Shown: positions 38,001 to 52,008, counted from the first letter of the stretch. The stretch is DNA of 64,000 nt from Phoronis australis (GCA_002633005.1 NMRA01000042.1:1055038-1119037), one strand, 5' to 3'. Notes: a model not told the origin generated them from the letters alone. A program made the numbers and translations.

Positions 38001-41000
38001 AAATACGTGGTCACGAACTGGACTCATCGGATTCCTGGATAAATAGCGCGAAATAGTGATTGTTACTACGCAGAAAGAGAATAGATCAACCTTCAGCTAT
38101 TTGGCAATACATTTGCCTAAATATGTAATTTTAGTACAAAAATACAATTTGAGCTAACTTCCACAAGAAACTCACTTTGCTATCGATAATTTCCCGGTAT
38201 AATGTCGTAACCCAAAAGTAGAATATAAAGTAACGTGATAATATAAAATGATTTATGTTCTCTGAATGATTATTTGTTCATTAATGTCACTTTTCTGTCT
38301 CCGACACTTCGGTGTACTACACCATCGTGTTATAGAGCACACAGTGAGAACGAAGAAATTGCCACAATTTATGACTTGACATTTTACACACATCAGTGTC
38401 ATCTAGCGGTACACATACATGTAAGAAGCCGATGCTATGGTAAATGCTCGAGAAACGGTGTCTTGTGTCTTATTCAATGCACCCTAGCGCCACTGCTATG
38501 CAATCTTCAGGGACCGAATTGGTGTTATTTTGTAACTAGCGACTTCAAAATTAAATCACAGTTATTGGATCGTTGTCAACTGTGACAATTTCTTATTAAA
38601 ACACTCGAAAGTGTGTTACAATGCGCCAAAACCATCGTGGTAATTTCTTCTTTGTAAAATTTCGCGACCGTTTACAAAGATTGTCATAAGATGCTTGTCA
38701 TGTGGTTTAGTTTTCGTCAGCACTAATGGAGTATCCTGTCGATCTATCATAACCAATTTCAATTCAAATAAATGATCGTTAAGAGTTGGCGTTGCTTTTG
38801 GAAAAACAAATACTGCTGTGAATAAAATTTGCTGTTTTTGAAGTCAAACGGTTTATATCAGCTTTTGTTCTGTATTCATGCCAACTGTACCATGACTTTT
38901 ATCAAAAAATGTTTTGGTTACACCGAACTTCGGTTTCAACCAACCACTTTTATAGGTCCTATTCGCCCTCGTCTTATTGACACTTGAGTTAGCTGGCTGA
39001 ACGCGTTGTTTTTAAAAATCGTTTGTTTGATCAGTTATTGCCATAAATAAAAACAAAAGGTTACAGGCTTCAAAGTCTCCTTGAAGAGCTAATGATTCAT
39101 AGGTAGGTGGTATAAAATTAGTAGTAAACAACTATTTGCCTTTCGCTACTGGAGAATTTAATTTAAAAAGGTAGACAATGCACTTCACTTTGTCTCAACT
39201 AAACCACTAATTGACAAACTGCGGAGATTCACGATTTTGCTTTAAATTAGCTGACGATTGGTCATGTGAAGAATACGTATCTAATTATTGACTTCTAACT
39301 TGTTTGTCGTAAAAGATCTAATTATAACAGTTAACATTGTCAAAACATAGTTTTTTTTCTTTAAAAGCAATGCTTCGGTGTGCCTTCACCGACGTTTTCT
39401 CATGGTGTATATAGTCAGTCTGAACGGCAGGGGTCATTTAGCGTAAGCCTCTAACTTACGTCGACATTGATCTTGAAGTTGAAGCTTACAAATATCCGCA
39501 GTCTGTTGAAACTCACACTATCCTACTTTCATTGCAACTGTTAAAATCAGTACTGTTCAGAAAACAAACACCAGGCGAAAAATATTGACGCCCATTGCGT
39601 ATAAGCAGTCTTGCGGAAAGGCATGATCACGCAAGTCTTCGCGTGACATCGCAATGCATTACAAGCAAAGCACGTGATCACACTAGGTTTACTAACAAGA
39701 TTCATGCGTCTTCGGAACTCAATCCCCTTACTGCATTGCAATATTTTGGCAGAGCGCTTTCACTTCCGTTTGGCTTGAAAAAACTGAAGAAATCCTTCAA
39801 TTTTGTTAGGGTTTATGTTCTGGTGTACATTTCTCCTGCCTTGGTTGTTGAGACTGGTTCATAGTGTGAGGGACGCGTTTTAGTATTTTTCCAAGCTAGT
39901 GATCAGTAGCCGATAGGCTGAGAGTCCAACATTTTAAGATTTTTCACACTGGGCTCGGTGCTATGAGAAATAGAGAATCACACCTACATTTGAGAATGGC
40001 ATGTCACTATCCTCGTTTCGGCCTGCCAGCACGCAGTGGACGTCATATAAGCTAAAATACCGTCAGGTTTCTAATAGCATTGACATTTTTATTGGAATCA
40101 AAGGGAGTTGAATGACCTGCTTGTTGTTTACATCCGCATTTACAAAAAAAGCTGTGGAGAATTCATCGAACACCTTTTGTTCGCTATTTTGTCATTATGC
40201 TGTACATATTCAGTCATTTTGAGTCTAAATATCGCATGAGCTGCATAAAAAAAGTTAATATACATTCTGTGAAGTAAGTTTTGCGTCAGTGCTACTCATA
40301 ATAACTTAGCATCAGCGCAGTAAATGCACTGAGTGACCTCATTTTGAGCTGCTGCCATTAACGAGCGGCATCGACAAGGAGTTAAATATATTATATAGAG
40401 AATCCTACACTCGTCTCAGGTTTGTGACATGGGCAAAACCTCTTGGAAATTTCGTCACAATCCCGGGGCTTGCAGAGGATTTGTTTTCTCACATGAGCCG
40501 TAAAAAAGATTCTTTTGCCGCAAAACTCGACGTGTCTAAAACTTTCAACCACGTGATGCAACTTTTGTAACAACACGCTTGCGCAATGTAAAGTAAACTC
40601 AGTTATTTTCTGCCAATAGTTTTATTTCAAACTTAACAATTCTAAATTGCTTTCATCTTTCGTAACAAATGTTCACGTTAGAATCTAACAAATTGTTTTT
40701 TGAAGTTGTAAATGTTTAGAAATAACACAGTAAGCAGGGCTTCCCTGCGCGTGAACACTGAATTGACCTTGAGACAGCACAGTTGGACAGTTTCACCGCG
40801 TTTCTTGAGTTGGGGTTCGTCTCCGTTTGAATGAACATGGATATGGAATTGGCCGCCGAATATGGGTCCTTTTAAGAAGTTGTTTGGATGTCCTTCCGAC
40901 TCGTAATATGTAGAGTTGTGTCTCTCGATTTGTCAATCATAACCTTCTCACCTTCATGGAATGCCGGCATTGTTTGGTTGGAACGCGTTTGGTTGTTGGT

Positions 41001-42384
41001 GGTATTAGTGTTTTGCATACGATAAAATGTAAGGCGTATGGATTTCTACTTTGCACTACTTTGTGATTCGCCCATGTAATATAAAAATTACATACTCGGT
41101 CTTATTAACCAGTCGTGTTGTAACACATTCCATATCGTGTGAGAAACAATTGTATTGCTGAGGTGACCACCCTGCACCCTTGTTGGAAGGACCAAGCTTC
41201 GTTGTTAAGTTAGTTGGCGTCATTTTATGATGAATCAAGTGTCAGAATATATTGATTCCGTCTAATCTTTACTAGGAACTAGTTTAGCATGCCTCGAACT
41301 GGAAAAACACGAGAGGAATTGCAATGAGGTGCGTGGAGCGATATTTTAACAAAGCAAAGTAATTACTTATAGTGACGCATGGGTGGCGCAGCACTGAAAA
41401 AAAGTGGGGGTAAAGCCCCCCCCATATCCCCCNGAATTCTACGGCTAAAATTTGTGTATGTTATTCATCGAAACGAATCGCAACCTATGATCCGGTGCAA
41501 AAACCCTTCTAACGCGGGGACCCGGACATCTGAAATATTGTCAACCAAATGCCAATGACTTCAACTTGAACTCCGCTGCGCCCATGGATCGTAGGTCGTG
41601 AAAGGTGAAATCGGCTCCGCATGCAAAAGCTGGACGTGAAAACGAACAACCAAACTGTCAAGCTTTTATCAAATAGCTGAATTCACTAGTTAAAAACAGT
41701 GAGTTACTGATATTTACGATCGGTTGTCAAAGTCAGTGATATTTCAATTTCCGTTTCCTTTTGGCCATTCTGAGAAATGTAGGTCACGTGGCACTCTTTT
41801 AGTGAATATTGATTTATTAGCCGCTGCTACTGTTGTCAATTAAAAATATACGTGACTGTTCACCAAGACAATGTTAGAGATCGTTTGTAAATGTTGCGCT
41901 TTTGCATCAAGGGCATTAAGAACATTTATAAGAGGCACTTTTGAGATTCAGTCTTAACAGAATTTTCTCATGTTATTGATATCAGTGTTTAGAACCTTTC
42001 GTTTTTAATTAAATTTTACTACAAGGCAATGTCACGTGACCCAATTATTGGCTGATTGGTATAAAGGTAGAACAAAAAAACTTTTACTGAGTCCGTTTTT
42101 AGAGATATTTACCAAAATGCACTGACTTGTCGATAGCTTTAAACTCAAAAATTTAAATGTCAAAACTAGAAAATATTTGCTCCCGTGGACTGAAAATAGA
42201 ACTGATTGTCGAAATCACACGGAGTTAAAGGGACGTGATCGGTTTTACGGTAACATTATTGTGGGATGAGATAGGCTCTTTGAAGTTATTAGCCTTGACA
42301 AGAGCAAATGTGATTTCATTACAAATTGCCAGACACCCGATGATATTATCAAGGCAGCTGACTTTACCAGTTCAGCTCGATTGT

Positions 42385-42460
42385 CGTTTAGCTCCGCCAG
42401 TGGGGCATATCACTGCGACCGAGAGGGCTTTGAGTTCGATTCCGCGTTGGGGCTAATCTC
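42385..42460 (+). mobile_element. tRNA-derived SINE head remnant
   Basis: A box A-like TAGCTCCGCCAGTGG and a box B GAGTTCGATTCC at pol III spacing. No complete cloverleaf. Confidence 0.4.
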
Positions 42461-44037
42461 GGAAAATCACTTTTCTCGTTGATAATGACGCTTTAAGAGT
42501 GGGGCTTTGTTTGCAAAAAACACAGCACGCATTTCTCGCTAACTTCATGAGAGTTACCTGATTTCAAGCAATTTCGTGGAGACTGTTTATACGAAAGCAA
42601 AATTCCAACAAATAGTCGTCAATTGCAGGGAATTTAACCGGGAAATTGATAATGATTATCCTAACTGGTTATTTGTAAAGGTGTCTAAATTAAACGAGCT
42701 TCAAATACTATCGATTGGACGAAACGTTCGCTAATTGGATAATATCACCTCTTTGACGATCATGACCCGACTGCGTATTTGTTGTTCGCGGAATAGCACG
42801 TCGGCCTAAACAGAATAAATAGATAAGAAAAAATACGATTTACAAGTAAAGCGTTGGGCAGCCTTAGGTAAGAGATGATGTTTGGTTTAGTCAGAGAACT
42901 TGATCGATGTCGGTTAATACCATAAGAATCTAAAGGTAAAGAACACAAGGTGCTTGTCAATCGCGATTCATGCCTTATTGTAGGCCATTTCAAATTTTAT
43001 CTCCTGGTAGACAATAGGAGAACTTAAGCGTGCGCGTTTTTTGTCTAATTTCTCTCCAGATGAAACCCTCAACTATACCACCCAGTCACCGATGAAGTTT
43101 GCCGGCGTTCGACATATAGATATGATATCACCTTTTCCGTGCTAATACCTCAGTTATTTAGGTAAGTAAAAGTAATTGAAGGTCTGTAAAATGCAAACGT
43201 TGCAAAATGTTGAAAAAAGCTATCCCGAGAAAATCATGAAAAACGGCGGTATGTTCAAACAAATCGAATTGATTTTATATTATCCTGAAGCGATCCTGGT
43301 GTCGTGCGTGGTATTATGGTATCATCGTAACGTATCCTATTTCACTGTTCAATTCAACGTTATTATTCTATTTCAACTGCTTCTATGTTTTCAGTTGACT
43401 GATCAAGTAAAATTCCTTACTTCATAGAGAAAGCTTTTGTCGATTATGGCTGCGGGCTTGCGGTGGCTCACTTTAAAGTCAAAATCCTCTACCCTAGAGT
43501 GTTTATTTGAATTATACACATCAGCATGCCTTAGATTGAAAAACATTTCTACAACTTCTGCTAACCCTTGAAATTTCTTTCCGTTGGTTTATTTTTCAGC
43601 TATTTCTTGGCAGTAAGACATAGTATCTTGGTGCCTGCGAGGGTTTTCTACGTGTGTTATCCTTCAATAAGGTAAGGGTTCGTTGCTTTATAGGTCATAC
43701 TAGCCTCAGTAGAGATTGGTGAGGAAGGGAAATATTATTTGTAGTGGTAGATGTATCGATACCATCACCATCATCGGACTGATTGTGATATGACTTCAAA
43801 CTAAATTATCATTGGGAAGTTAAAAGAATACTAAACCCTGCTTTAACCCGGAAGCGGAAGTTAACTTCGACTGGGTCTTTGAAACATTCCAGCGCTTCTC
43901 AACCCTCAAAAACTCAAAAATTAAGTCATAAGATTCCTTATTAAGGTGCTGAGCGCGCTAGCGTTACTAAACGCTTTGCACAAGTCAATTGGCGGCTGTG
44001 GGGAAAGGCCGCCCTTGTTGAACCATAGGATCCAATG

Positions 44038-44165
44038 CAATGGTGGATTTAGGGGGGTCAAGGGGGCCAAAAAAGCTCTCCCAAATACCATTTGGCACTT
44101 TGGGGTTGCAAATGTCTGAAAGACAAAATCCTGGCTAGTAGTCTCCCCTGNTGGATCCGCCCCTG
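44038..44165. mobile_element. hAT-like MITE with 5-bp TSD
   Basis: CAATGGTGGATTTAGG...GGATCCGCCCCTG flanked by CAATG/CAATG. Confidence 0.65.
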
Positions 44166-44480
44166 CAATGTGTGTAAATAATAGCTAAATATGAATACAT
44201 AATAAATTACTCAATTTCAATAAAATTGAGAAAATACACATTCGAGGGCTGCAGTGTGTCGGTAGAGTGCGACAAGGTATGCAGTCACACTGTAATGGTA
44301 CATGTTCCTCCCTCACTACTCTTAGAAGCATATTTTAGCCAAATTACTAGCTGTGAACACGTAGGCCTACGCGCTGCTTGTAGTCCTGCCGTGAAGACGA
44401 ATCCAAACCTTGACGAGCCCGAAGGCAGGGTCAAATCTAGTCATTTTACTTTTGGTGGGTAATTTGAAAACCTATGTGTG

Positions 44481-44835
44481 TGTCGCAGGATGTGTTTGTT
44501 GTGTTCCTAGTGTTTGTACATTTAATTGTTTAGTCCTTGTGTCACCTAACTGTTGATTGTTGTTCAGTCCATTTGCTTGGAGATTATGATTTGTTATATT
44601 TTTGTTCATCGTCTAGAATCAATGATTGTGCTGTCCTTATATGTTTTTGTTGGTTGATTCGTGTATCTACATTCCATTATTTTTAGTACCTTCAGTTGTT
44701 TTCTACTCAGAGCTTCACTGATCGTACTCTTCACTAAACTAGTCAAGACACATCTCCAAAGTTTCCCTCTCCGGTTAACTATCCCACACCCTCGGTTTAT
44801 AAATACATTTTGGTACCGTGAGCTACCCGAATATC
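44481..44835 (+). mobile_element. Probable LTR remnant with tRNA-His-like primer binding site
   Basis: A TGT...ACA-bounded ~330-bp segment followed by TTT-TGGTACCGTGA, which resembles the complement of the tRNA-His 3' end (TGGTGCCGTGAC). Confidence 0.4.
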
Positions 44836-47800
44836 GGAACATCTGAAACAATGCGTTTTTGATTTCAAAGAAATTTGTTTACTCAAGTGTTTCGCATACT
44901 GGCTTATGTGCTTATAGGCGCAGGTGGGAGTCCTTTGCACAGGGGTGCGTACTGCTATGGGCCCAGACACACGCATAGTCCTCGGCGAAAGCATGATTAT
45001 AATGTAGATCTTGTGAAACATTTTTTCGCGACTTGGTGTCTGGTGACAGCGCATTTGCTGGATTATAAGACGTTCTGTTAGGGTGACTGTAAGAATAGTG
45101 TGTATTAAAATCCAGTTCAGTGACTAACTATTGAAAAATGGATATACTGTAGTACTAAGAAAATACGCAAGTGTGACTAGGGCAAATTTACCCCAGACTG
45201 AAGAGAGGAACGCAATGTGTGTCGATGTTGATGTCTCATATCGTATTCCGGGTGACATTATGTGTCGATAGCGACAATGTATATTACAACATATACTCTT
45301 CACTGGAATCCATAGGGTAACGTGAAATCACTAATGCTAAGCGAAATTTTCCAAAAAAAACACTTATGACCAACATGATTCATTAGGAAAACAGTAAGAA
45401 AAACTTTAGCCGCATTCCTAATTCCAAAATGGTGTTGAATGCGGTTGTTCGTCCTCCCGGATGAAGCTCGTAATGTGAATTTTTTAGCATCTGTTTTCAC
45501 GCTAAATGTTCAATTATGCCCTTACGTTTACGTCTGAGTCTGTCATTGTGATGAGTTCGTAGATTTAGCGGAAAGGTTAGAGATAAAATAGTTGAAGCGT
45601 AATTGTATGGTAAACACAGGTGCCAACTGTTCCGAGAAGTCTCAAACAACAATTAGATCAATTTGACCAACAAATGTGACGGCAGCTGCTGTAACCAACG
45701 GTTACTCTGATAATCCAAACAACCTGTCTGCCTACTGTAATGAAACAAGGTTTGGATGCAGACACTTTTAAGTTTCCATGGGGACGATCTCGAATAAATT
45801 GTGCAAAAGAGAAGGGTATGTCCTCGAAACAAGGTAAATACTCGCTAACGACGTCATCGCCAATAAAAAATAATTGAGCCGTATTGAATGGTCAGATAAC
45901 GTTTTAGCGCTTTCTGATCTTCGAATATTGTAAAAGAGCGTTGTGGCAGATTTTGACTAAGATTAGGAAACAGAGTAGTTCGGTCAAGTTGGGCTTCACT
46001 CGAAACTTGAAGGCTTAATCTGTTTTAAACGCTCTAAGAACTGACCTTACTCTGAGCATATTTACATGTGTCGGCTATAAACTGTAACTAGAAAGTAGGT
46101 CTACATTGTGCCTACATGAAACGGGGAAATGACGGTATAGTGTGTATCCGAATGACACATTGCCCATCAATATCATTGCATAGTAGCAGTGATATTAGGT
46201 CGCTGTTCATTGTAAAAAAACTTTCCCACGGTCAAAATTTCAATTTTGCGTTGGTCCGCCAGTTGAATACCTGATTGCTTCTGGCTACGGTGGCAGTGAT
46301 CTCGGGTCCATCAAGGCCACGTAAAATTATACGGCTCACTGACTGGAGCTTCAGGGTGAAAATACACTGCAGCAATATCTGAAATCTGTTCGTAGCGCTT
46401 TCAGATTTCCTCCACTGGATTCATACATCCAGGCTGGACAATCATCCGCAATCACATTCCGCACGTTCCTGAAAGTACCGGCGAACCAGTTTCTCACGAA
46501 CGTGGTACTTTTCTTGCCAACTGTGTCGTTTTCTTTCTCATAATCTGCATGTGTACTCTTCCGAGCTCAGTTTTTTTTCTCTTAAACCGCATTTCTTTTC
46601 ATGTTCCAACGGAGGCCCGGGTTGCGCGTGCTTGGCATTATGTATCACTTGCATCTCGGAACTGCATTCATTTTATTTAAGAATAGCATTTCGTCAAATA
46701 AGAAAAGAGCACTAGTTCGTAAAATGATAACACTTGAAATGAGACCGCTTTTGCGGTACGTGAGGGAAGAACATCGTCTCCCCTGAAAGGCTCGACATGG
46801 ATTTTGAGGTCCTAGCATACGAAGTGCTTACGAGTCGAACCATTGAATCGTTCCTCAACCCAAAAGTTTGCTACTACAGGGCACCAATACGCGGCGGTAG
46901 AGTGTATTTTTGCATCTGGAAGAGAACCCTACAACTTTTACGGCGTTAAACTTTGTTCCACGAAAGATATCCCTCTCAATGAGTTTTAATTACATTTCCA
47001 TGCATTACGCTTATTTTTAGCAGTTGTAGGCCTAAAATGAATTACGTTGAGCAAATCTTTTTGTCAGATTCACAGTTGCTGCTTAGTCTTATCCTTGTAT
47101 GTCTGATTACGTTCACCTACCGCTTACATTTGACCGTGGCCTAAAATGCAAAACATACCGTCAAATCTGCAGTACTCAGCGGATACAGCGCGGTCCATAA
47201 TCAGCGGGTATACTAAGTCCACCCGGTACAATATCATTAATTCAAAGTCATTGGAATATTTTAGTTGATGTTTATTCTTGACTTTGTATTTGGATATTAC
47301 ACCGATATGCAAGGGAGCCACTTAACGTTGGGTGAGAAACAAACTGAGCACTCTTGTAGATATTTACAAAATGGAATGTTGCCACGTATTTGACTCTACT
47401 GCGTAGGCTTCTGTACATCTCATTGTTACATGGAAAAGTTTCAATGCACAAACCCCGCGTTGTTTTTACAAATTTTCGTGTCGTTTTACGTGGCGGTACA
47501 CGTATGAAATACCGGTCAATGGATCAATTGCTTTGCGTTAGTACTTAAACGCATGGCTTGGTAAATTAATCAACGAATATCCCCAAAACACTTTGATGTC
47601 GATGAATACTGTTTGATCGACTTTTTATGTTTGTAGTCTTTGAATGTCACGATGATATGACCAGGGGGCACGTACAGTCACAAGGCGTTGTGGTACTTGT
47701 TGCGAAACGAATGAAATTCACAGCCTCTATTCGTACTTAATTACGCGTTGTTCAAAAATATTTGTGCAAACCGTAACTTGCCTTAAATTTATAAATAATG

Positions 47801-49087
47801 CTATGTAGGACCTTATCGACAAGTTTAGGCATTCATTCTGATATATATCCGAAAGAAATGTCCGAATCTCAAAAAGGTTGTTAAAATTTTGTAAGTGGTC
47901 ATTTCTTTTTCGTTTTATGCAACTTATTGCGCGAAAAATAAATAAAAGTTTTATTTCTGACATAGCAAATCATTCAAACGAGGATGAGTTTAAAAACAAT
48001 CTCTAATGTCGTTCATGTGAACAGTGTGTAAAGCATAGTATCTGAATGTTTCATGCAAATCCGATCAGCCTTGCATTTATAAATATGGTGTCCCTAAATT
48101 TGGACATTTTTCTAGTGTACTACATAATATAAAACTATGATAAGTCTTAACATCTAAATGAACACCCGCACGTTGCTGCGTCTAGAAACGGGAGACTTAG
48201 CTGTATAAAATTTACACTTTCTCAGTTAACAATTGGTGTTAACTCACAATGAAACATTCATTATGTCATGGGTACGACACCTGGTGGCCAGCGTACCGAC
48301 ATCTAACAAATTTTAGAATTTTCTGCCAATCCAGAATTTCACAACATAATTATTTTTCCGATCCAAGATAAGCATTTCTTCATGTGTAACAGAGTGACTT
48401 TTCGTGGCGTTTCTTTAAAGAGACAAAACTGTATTGAGTACCGTGATATTTATCCAGCATAATTTACTCACAAGAGGACCGAGACGAACGTGTTTACTAC
48501 CCGGGGTTTGCTGTCATTTAATCACTTGTTTACTTTAGTTTACAATCCATTTGCAATTAAGTGCGGCAGAACAGTGCGTAAATAGTGTAAAATGTCCTGC
48601 GTTTTAAATGAAAGCCTGTTTTCTGTTGTCACACAGCGTATTTTGATACAAGACAACTTCACACGTACTTGGGTTTTGGGGTAAGATTCAGTTCAGTATC
48701 ACTGTCTGTAATCGCTAGGCATTTCGTTTTCTGTGCAATTATACTTGCATGTAGAGATGTCTTCAGAACACGGTTGGATTGCAGTACGAATGGGAATGTC
48801 GGTTACGACCGCTTCAAGTTTAACACAGCTAATTTATAGCCATTCAATTGTTTCGGGTATCTTTTTAAATGCAAATCAATTACCTCATAGAGCTTAATTG
48901 CAACCAAGAAATGACGCGAGATGTCAAGTAGCGTCGTTCCGGCCACCGGCGTGTAGTCTATTATACTAGTCTAGATCTCAAGTTGCGTGACAAGAATTTA
49001 TTAAACTCTCTGTTCTTGGGGACGACTTACTGCAATTTATGTGATTATTAATTTTATTGTTTCAGAGAAATCTTCCTCGACGCTAAT

Positions 49088-50248
49088 ATGGAGAACGCGA
49101 CGTGTTTCACGCTTTCCCAAGAAAATGCAACGCAGTCTCTCGCCCATGTAAGGGAGTCTTACGCAAACATTGAGACAATTTTTAAATTCATCGGACTTCC
49201 CATTGCCTCAGGATTCGGAATCATAGCTAATGTTTTAAATCTCGTTATATTGTCGAGACAAGCAATGATCAAATCGTTAAGCAAGACCAGCTCGGCTCAT
49301 ATATGTATTCTGGCATTGTCCGCCGCCGATCTTGGCGTATGCTTATTTGCCTTTCCCTACGGCATCATAGCAAGCAAAAAACAAAGATTTTACCCTGAAA
49401 TAAATTTCGGACTGTACTATCCAAAAGTAGCCGACGGTGCCGTCAACATATTCATGATGTGCAGCTCCTGGTTGATTGTCATTCTGGCGTCAGAGAGATA
49501 CGTTGCCGTATGTCATCCGTTGCGTTTTAAAGTAATTGTCACGTTTCCGCGTACGGTCACAGCTATTGTTGTCACGTGCGTGGCGTCCGTCGGTTTATGC
49601 TTGCCCAAGGCCTGGTGGCTTGACGTGCTCCAAAAAACAGAAAATAACGCCACATACTACACTTTGGGCAAGGGGCAGATCCGAGACAATAAGACGTTTT
49701 CGGAGGTATACATTCTTGTCTTCAGAATAGTGCAGAATTATATCCCACTCATATTGATCGTGGTTCTAAACATTCGATTATTTATCGAGCTACGTAAAAC
49801 GTACATACGGCGTTTGACGCTGGAAAATGGACAATCTGGTCGAGGGGACAAGACACACAAACTTAACTTCACCCTTGTCGGTGTAATACTTATCTACCTA
49901 GTGCTGGTAGCGCCATCTGAAGTGGCCAAATTAATTCACACATACGGAAAACTCCACCAAAGTCTAGACGACGACTATAACTACAAGGTTGCTCGGGACA
50001 TCACCAATTTCATGCAGATCGCAAACTATGCTGTAAATTTCATTTGGTATTGTGTCGCTCTGTCAGTATTCCGGAAGACATTACGCCGAGGCCTGGTAAA
50101 CTGTGCGAGAGGGGCAGGTTGTTTTTCAAGAAGAAAATACAGCAGCGTAAGTACAACATCAACATCAAGGCAGTGCCAGCAAAGGAAACATGTTAGGGGG
50201 GCCACGGGGTCACAGAGTTCGGCAACATCACAAGAAGCTTATGTGTGA
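49088..50248 (+). CDS. Class A (rhodopsin-like) GPCR, FMRFamide/sex-peptide receptor-like
   Basis: 386-aa intact ORF with seven hydrophobic segments: GIIAN (TM1), LSAAD (TM2), SERYVAVCHP (TM3), YIP (TM5), VAP (TM6) and NFIWY (TM7). It has N-terminal N-glycosylation sites, and a splice acceptor ttttattgtttcag ends at 49065, just upstream of the ATG. Confidence 0.93.
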   Translation: MENATCFTLSQENATQSLAHVRESYANIETIFKFIGLPIASGFGIIANVLNLVILSRQAMIKSLSKTSSAHICILALSAADLGVCLFAFPYGIIASKKQRFYPEINFGLYYPKVADGAVNIFMMCSSWLIVILASERYVAVCHPLRFKVIVTFPRTVTAIVVTCVASVGLCLPKAWWLDVLQKTENNATYYTLGKGQIRDNKTFSEVYILVFRIVQNYIPLILIVVLNIRLFIELRKTYIRRLTLENGQSGRGDKTHKLNFTLVGVILIYLVLVAPSEVAKLIHTYGKLHQSLDDDYNYKVARDITNFMQIANYAVNFIWYCVALSVFRKTLRRGLVNCARGAGCFSRRKYSSVSTTSTSRQCQQRKHVRGATGSQSSATSQEAYV

Positions 50249-50962
50249 AAAGACAGCATTTTATACTGGAGCCTTAAAAGTACTTAAACTGTAGGGTATG
50301 GTGGTGGAGTTGTTGAAACTGACGGTCGGGCGACTGACAACCGACGACAATATAAGTGCCCAGTTTATTAAACAAATATCATGATGTTGCGATCATGTGG
50401 AAACCAGCTTTCATAACCACATAATTGTGAAATCATGTTTAATCTAACAGTGTTGATTATGGAAAAATTTGTGTCGACTAAAGTAAAACAACATTCCGAG
50501 CGCTGGTGTTCGTTGTGTTCCATTATGTCAGTCACTGTACGATTTTCAACACACGTGACCTTGAGCTAATTGACTTCCTGCTGGGATTTTGGAGTCAGCG
50601 TAATTTCTTTCTTGTTGAAATCTCGTGTCTTTCAAACGCAGTTCGATTAATTGTCAGCAACATCAAAAGAACGTCTCAGAATTTCCGTCAATTACCCAGT
50701 ACTCATGAAATCAAAGACAACCCTTTCATGAAGGTATTCAGTCTTTAGCACTTTCCATACCAACGGATGTCTGATATAATGGACAAAAAAATCGAAAAAT
50801 TAAAAAAGAATGATATGCATGCGAATAGAAATTTTTGACGCAATACTACTTCCTCAGTTGGAGCCTGTAACATTTCTCAGTGGTATTACGAAAAAGATTT
50901 AGAAAAAAAAACAAGTTCCCTATAGATTCCCAGAAAAGGTGTGGTAGCGCATGCTTAACAAT

Positions 50963-51067
50963 TTATTTTCTTGTCTCTTTTTCCTCCTGTTTGGCGCCGA
51001 GGTATTGAAAGTCGATTCCGCCATTTTTCATCTGAACCTCACACTTCATGATGTTTGCGTTGGGGAC
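50963..51067 (-). CDS. PhyH-family dioxygenase copy A, last exon
   Basis: cag|VPNANIMKCEVQMKNGGIDFQYLGAKQEEKETRK*. Homologous to 62486-62590. Confidence 0.85.
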   Translation of the reverse strand, partial: VPNANIMKCEVQMKNGGIDFQYLGAKQEEKETRK

Positions 51068-51274
51068 CTGAAGAAATAAATCGCACAATAAAGAGAGAAC
51101 TCTTATCGCTGGCGCTACTGATACACATTTAGTTTTTTTCTCAATTGAATGTAGTTGAATTTATGAAGATGATATTCAAAGTAACCTACTTTAGGCGACG
51201 CATACCTGAAAAATACATAAGTGTAAATATTCAAGGTAATAAGCTTACTTTCAAAATGTTAGGATGTGGATTAC

Positions 51275-51556
51275 CTTCACAAGGGGCGTGTAAAATGGAT
51301 GGTGGTGCTCCTTGAAGGGGTTGTTAGAAGCCTTGTTGTAGGCAATGGCAAGTCCCCATCGTCTGTTTTCGCTGGTGTTCGGCAAGCTGCAGTGGATTGT
51401 GTTCCCGTGATGGATAGCGACGTCTCCCGGTTCCAACTCGACAAACACGACTCCATTGGACTCTGCTGCGAGACGAATTCTCTTCGTATCCGACAGGAGT
51501 TGTTCTCCGAATTTGTCGACATTAATTCGTCCCATTTTATGCGATTTTGGTATATA
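51275..51556 (-). CDS. PhyH-family dioxygenase copy A, exon with distal His and 2-OG-binding Arg
   Basis: YIPKSHKMGRI...ELEPGDVAIHHGNTIHCSLPNTSENRRWG...TPLVK, with ag/gt boundaries. Confidence 0.92.
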
Positions 51557-51917
51557 CTGAGAATAAAACAGAACGGATACTGTTCATCAATTTATATAGT
51601 TTCCGATTGTTTGGATGTATTACAATGTTCTACACTAGGAGTGCGGAAGATTTCCGAATCACTTGTCTTTCTCCAATCATGCACGTGATCTCAACCCATC
51701 TCGCCAAGCTGGCCAAAACTCACCTAATGGAACGCATCCCAGGTACTTTTCAGCCACCAATAGGCAACGAGATTTGCAACTTGTTCAATAAATAACTGGC
51801 GAACTAAAGATCACGAAAATGTGTGAACACAGTTTGGGTGACAAAATGTATCAATTAACTGCCAAGAGGTGATATGGATTTCTGTATCAAGAGATAAGCA
51901 CAGTGTCAGAATCATAC

Positions 51918-52008
51918 CTGCATGCATCCGTTGTCACGTGTCGTCTTGTCAACTGCTATCCACACTGTCAGACAGTCGGGGTACAGCAAACCGTTATAGT
52001 ACCAGTAA
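51918..52008 (-). CDS. PhyH-family dioxygenase copy A, exon
   Basis: YWYYNGLLYPDCLTVWIAVDKTTRDNGCMQ; phases are compatible with both neighbouring exons. Confidence 0.92.

Noticed and set aside
40391-40975. Possible minus-strand coding fragments (MPAFHEGEKV...; Cys-rich 61-aa ORF)
   Set aside because: They are interrupted by stops, with no consistent splice chain or recognisable domain.
51266-51688. 140-aa plus-strand ORF (and its homolog at 62791-63018)
   Set aside because: It is the antisense shadow of the PhyH exon and is truncated in the paralog.
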